From positions 1 to 25,152 of the IMG/VR virus record IMGVR_UViG_3300037047_000312: 25,152 nucleotides of DNA; one strand, 5' to 3'. Source of the stretch: a virus (Duplodnaviria; Caudoviricetes). The notes beneath the pieces were generated by a model. The model did no database searches. It had not been told where the DNA came from and worked only from the letters and a program-made list of their open reading frames with translations. Shown piece after piece: positions 24,781 to 25,152 of the stretch (position 1 is the first letter of the stretch; the number at the start of each line of letters is the position of its first letter). Position numbers and translations under genes: made by a program.

Positions 24781-25152
24781 TCATGCGACCAGCAGCCGCA
24801 TTTGTTCCGGATTTGATCTGCCCACCAGCTTGCAGCGCACGTCGATATAAAGGCTGATGCCCTCGGTCTGGAACGAGGATTCCAGCACGCTCTCGACACG
24901 CGGGTCTTGCATGACCGCCAGTTCAGCCTCGAACAATGCCCGCTCCTGCCACATCTCGTTGCTGATCTTCCCGACGATTTCCGGCAGGCGCGAGCCGTAG
25001 TTTTCGTGGTCCAGCTGCTTCAGCTCGCCGCGTGTGGTGGCGATGCGGTGGCGGATTGCCATTTCCAGATTGGCTATGCCGCCGACCGTGGCGATGTCTC
25101 CCGATGAAGTGGCGACCATGAAGCCGTCGGCGTCAAGCAGTTCGTCGATGCC
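24781..25152 (-). CDS. gp25/GPW-like baseplate wedge protein, 5'-truncated by window edge
   Basis: GDIATVGGIANLEMAIRHRIAT.RGEL..H.NYGSRL..QDPRV; frame stays open to position 25152. Confidence 0.85.
   Translation of the reverse strand, partial: GIDELLDADGFMVATSSGDIATVGGIANLEMAIRHRIATTRGELKQLDHENYGSRLPEIVGKISNEMWQERALFEAELAVMQDPRVESVLESSFQTEGISLYIDVRCKLVGRSNPEQMRLLVA

Overview
Internal segment of a contractile-tailed (myovirus-type) phage or prophage with two convergent arms. The + strand (1-13819) is an early/middle region: tandem-HTH regulator, SSB, replication initiator plus DnaC-like loader, VRR-NUC, DUF5131, small HTH/hypothetical genes, a Gp3-like protein and an SbcD/SbcC pair. The - strand (13856-25152) is late: baseplate genes, a main tail fibre with chaperone, a four-gene lysis cassette, then a second AT-richer fibre/lectin module and a TraR/DksA-type zinc finger missing from the ORF track. 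The arms meet at a hairpin terminator near 13823-13857. The host is inferred to be Gram-negative (spanins), possibly Desulfobacterota/Geobacter-like from SSB style (weak). The most unusual content is non-coding: two distinct asymmetric motif families (4 and 6 copies), twin apparently leaderless promoters sharing 17 identical bp 24 kb apart, a three-hairpin RNA with complementary loops ahead of the replication genes, and 11-bp-phased ACGCGT arrays inside the initiator gene. All product calls come from motif recognition by eye; no searches were run.
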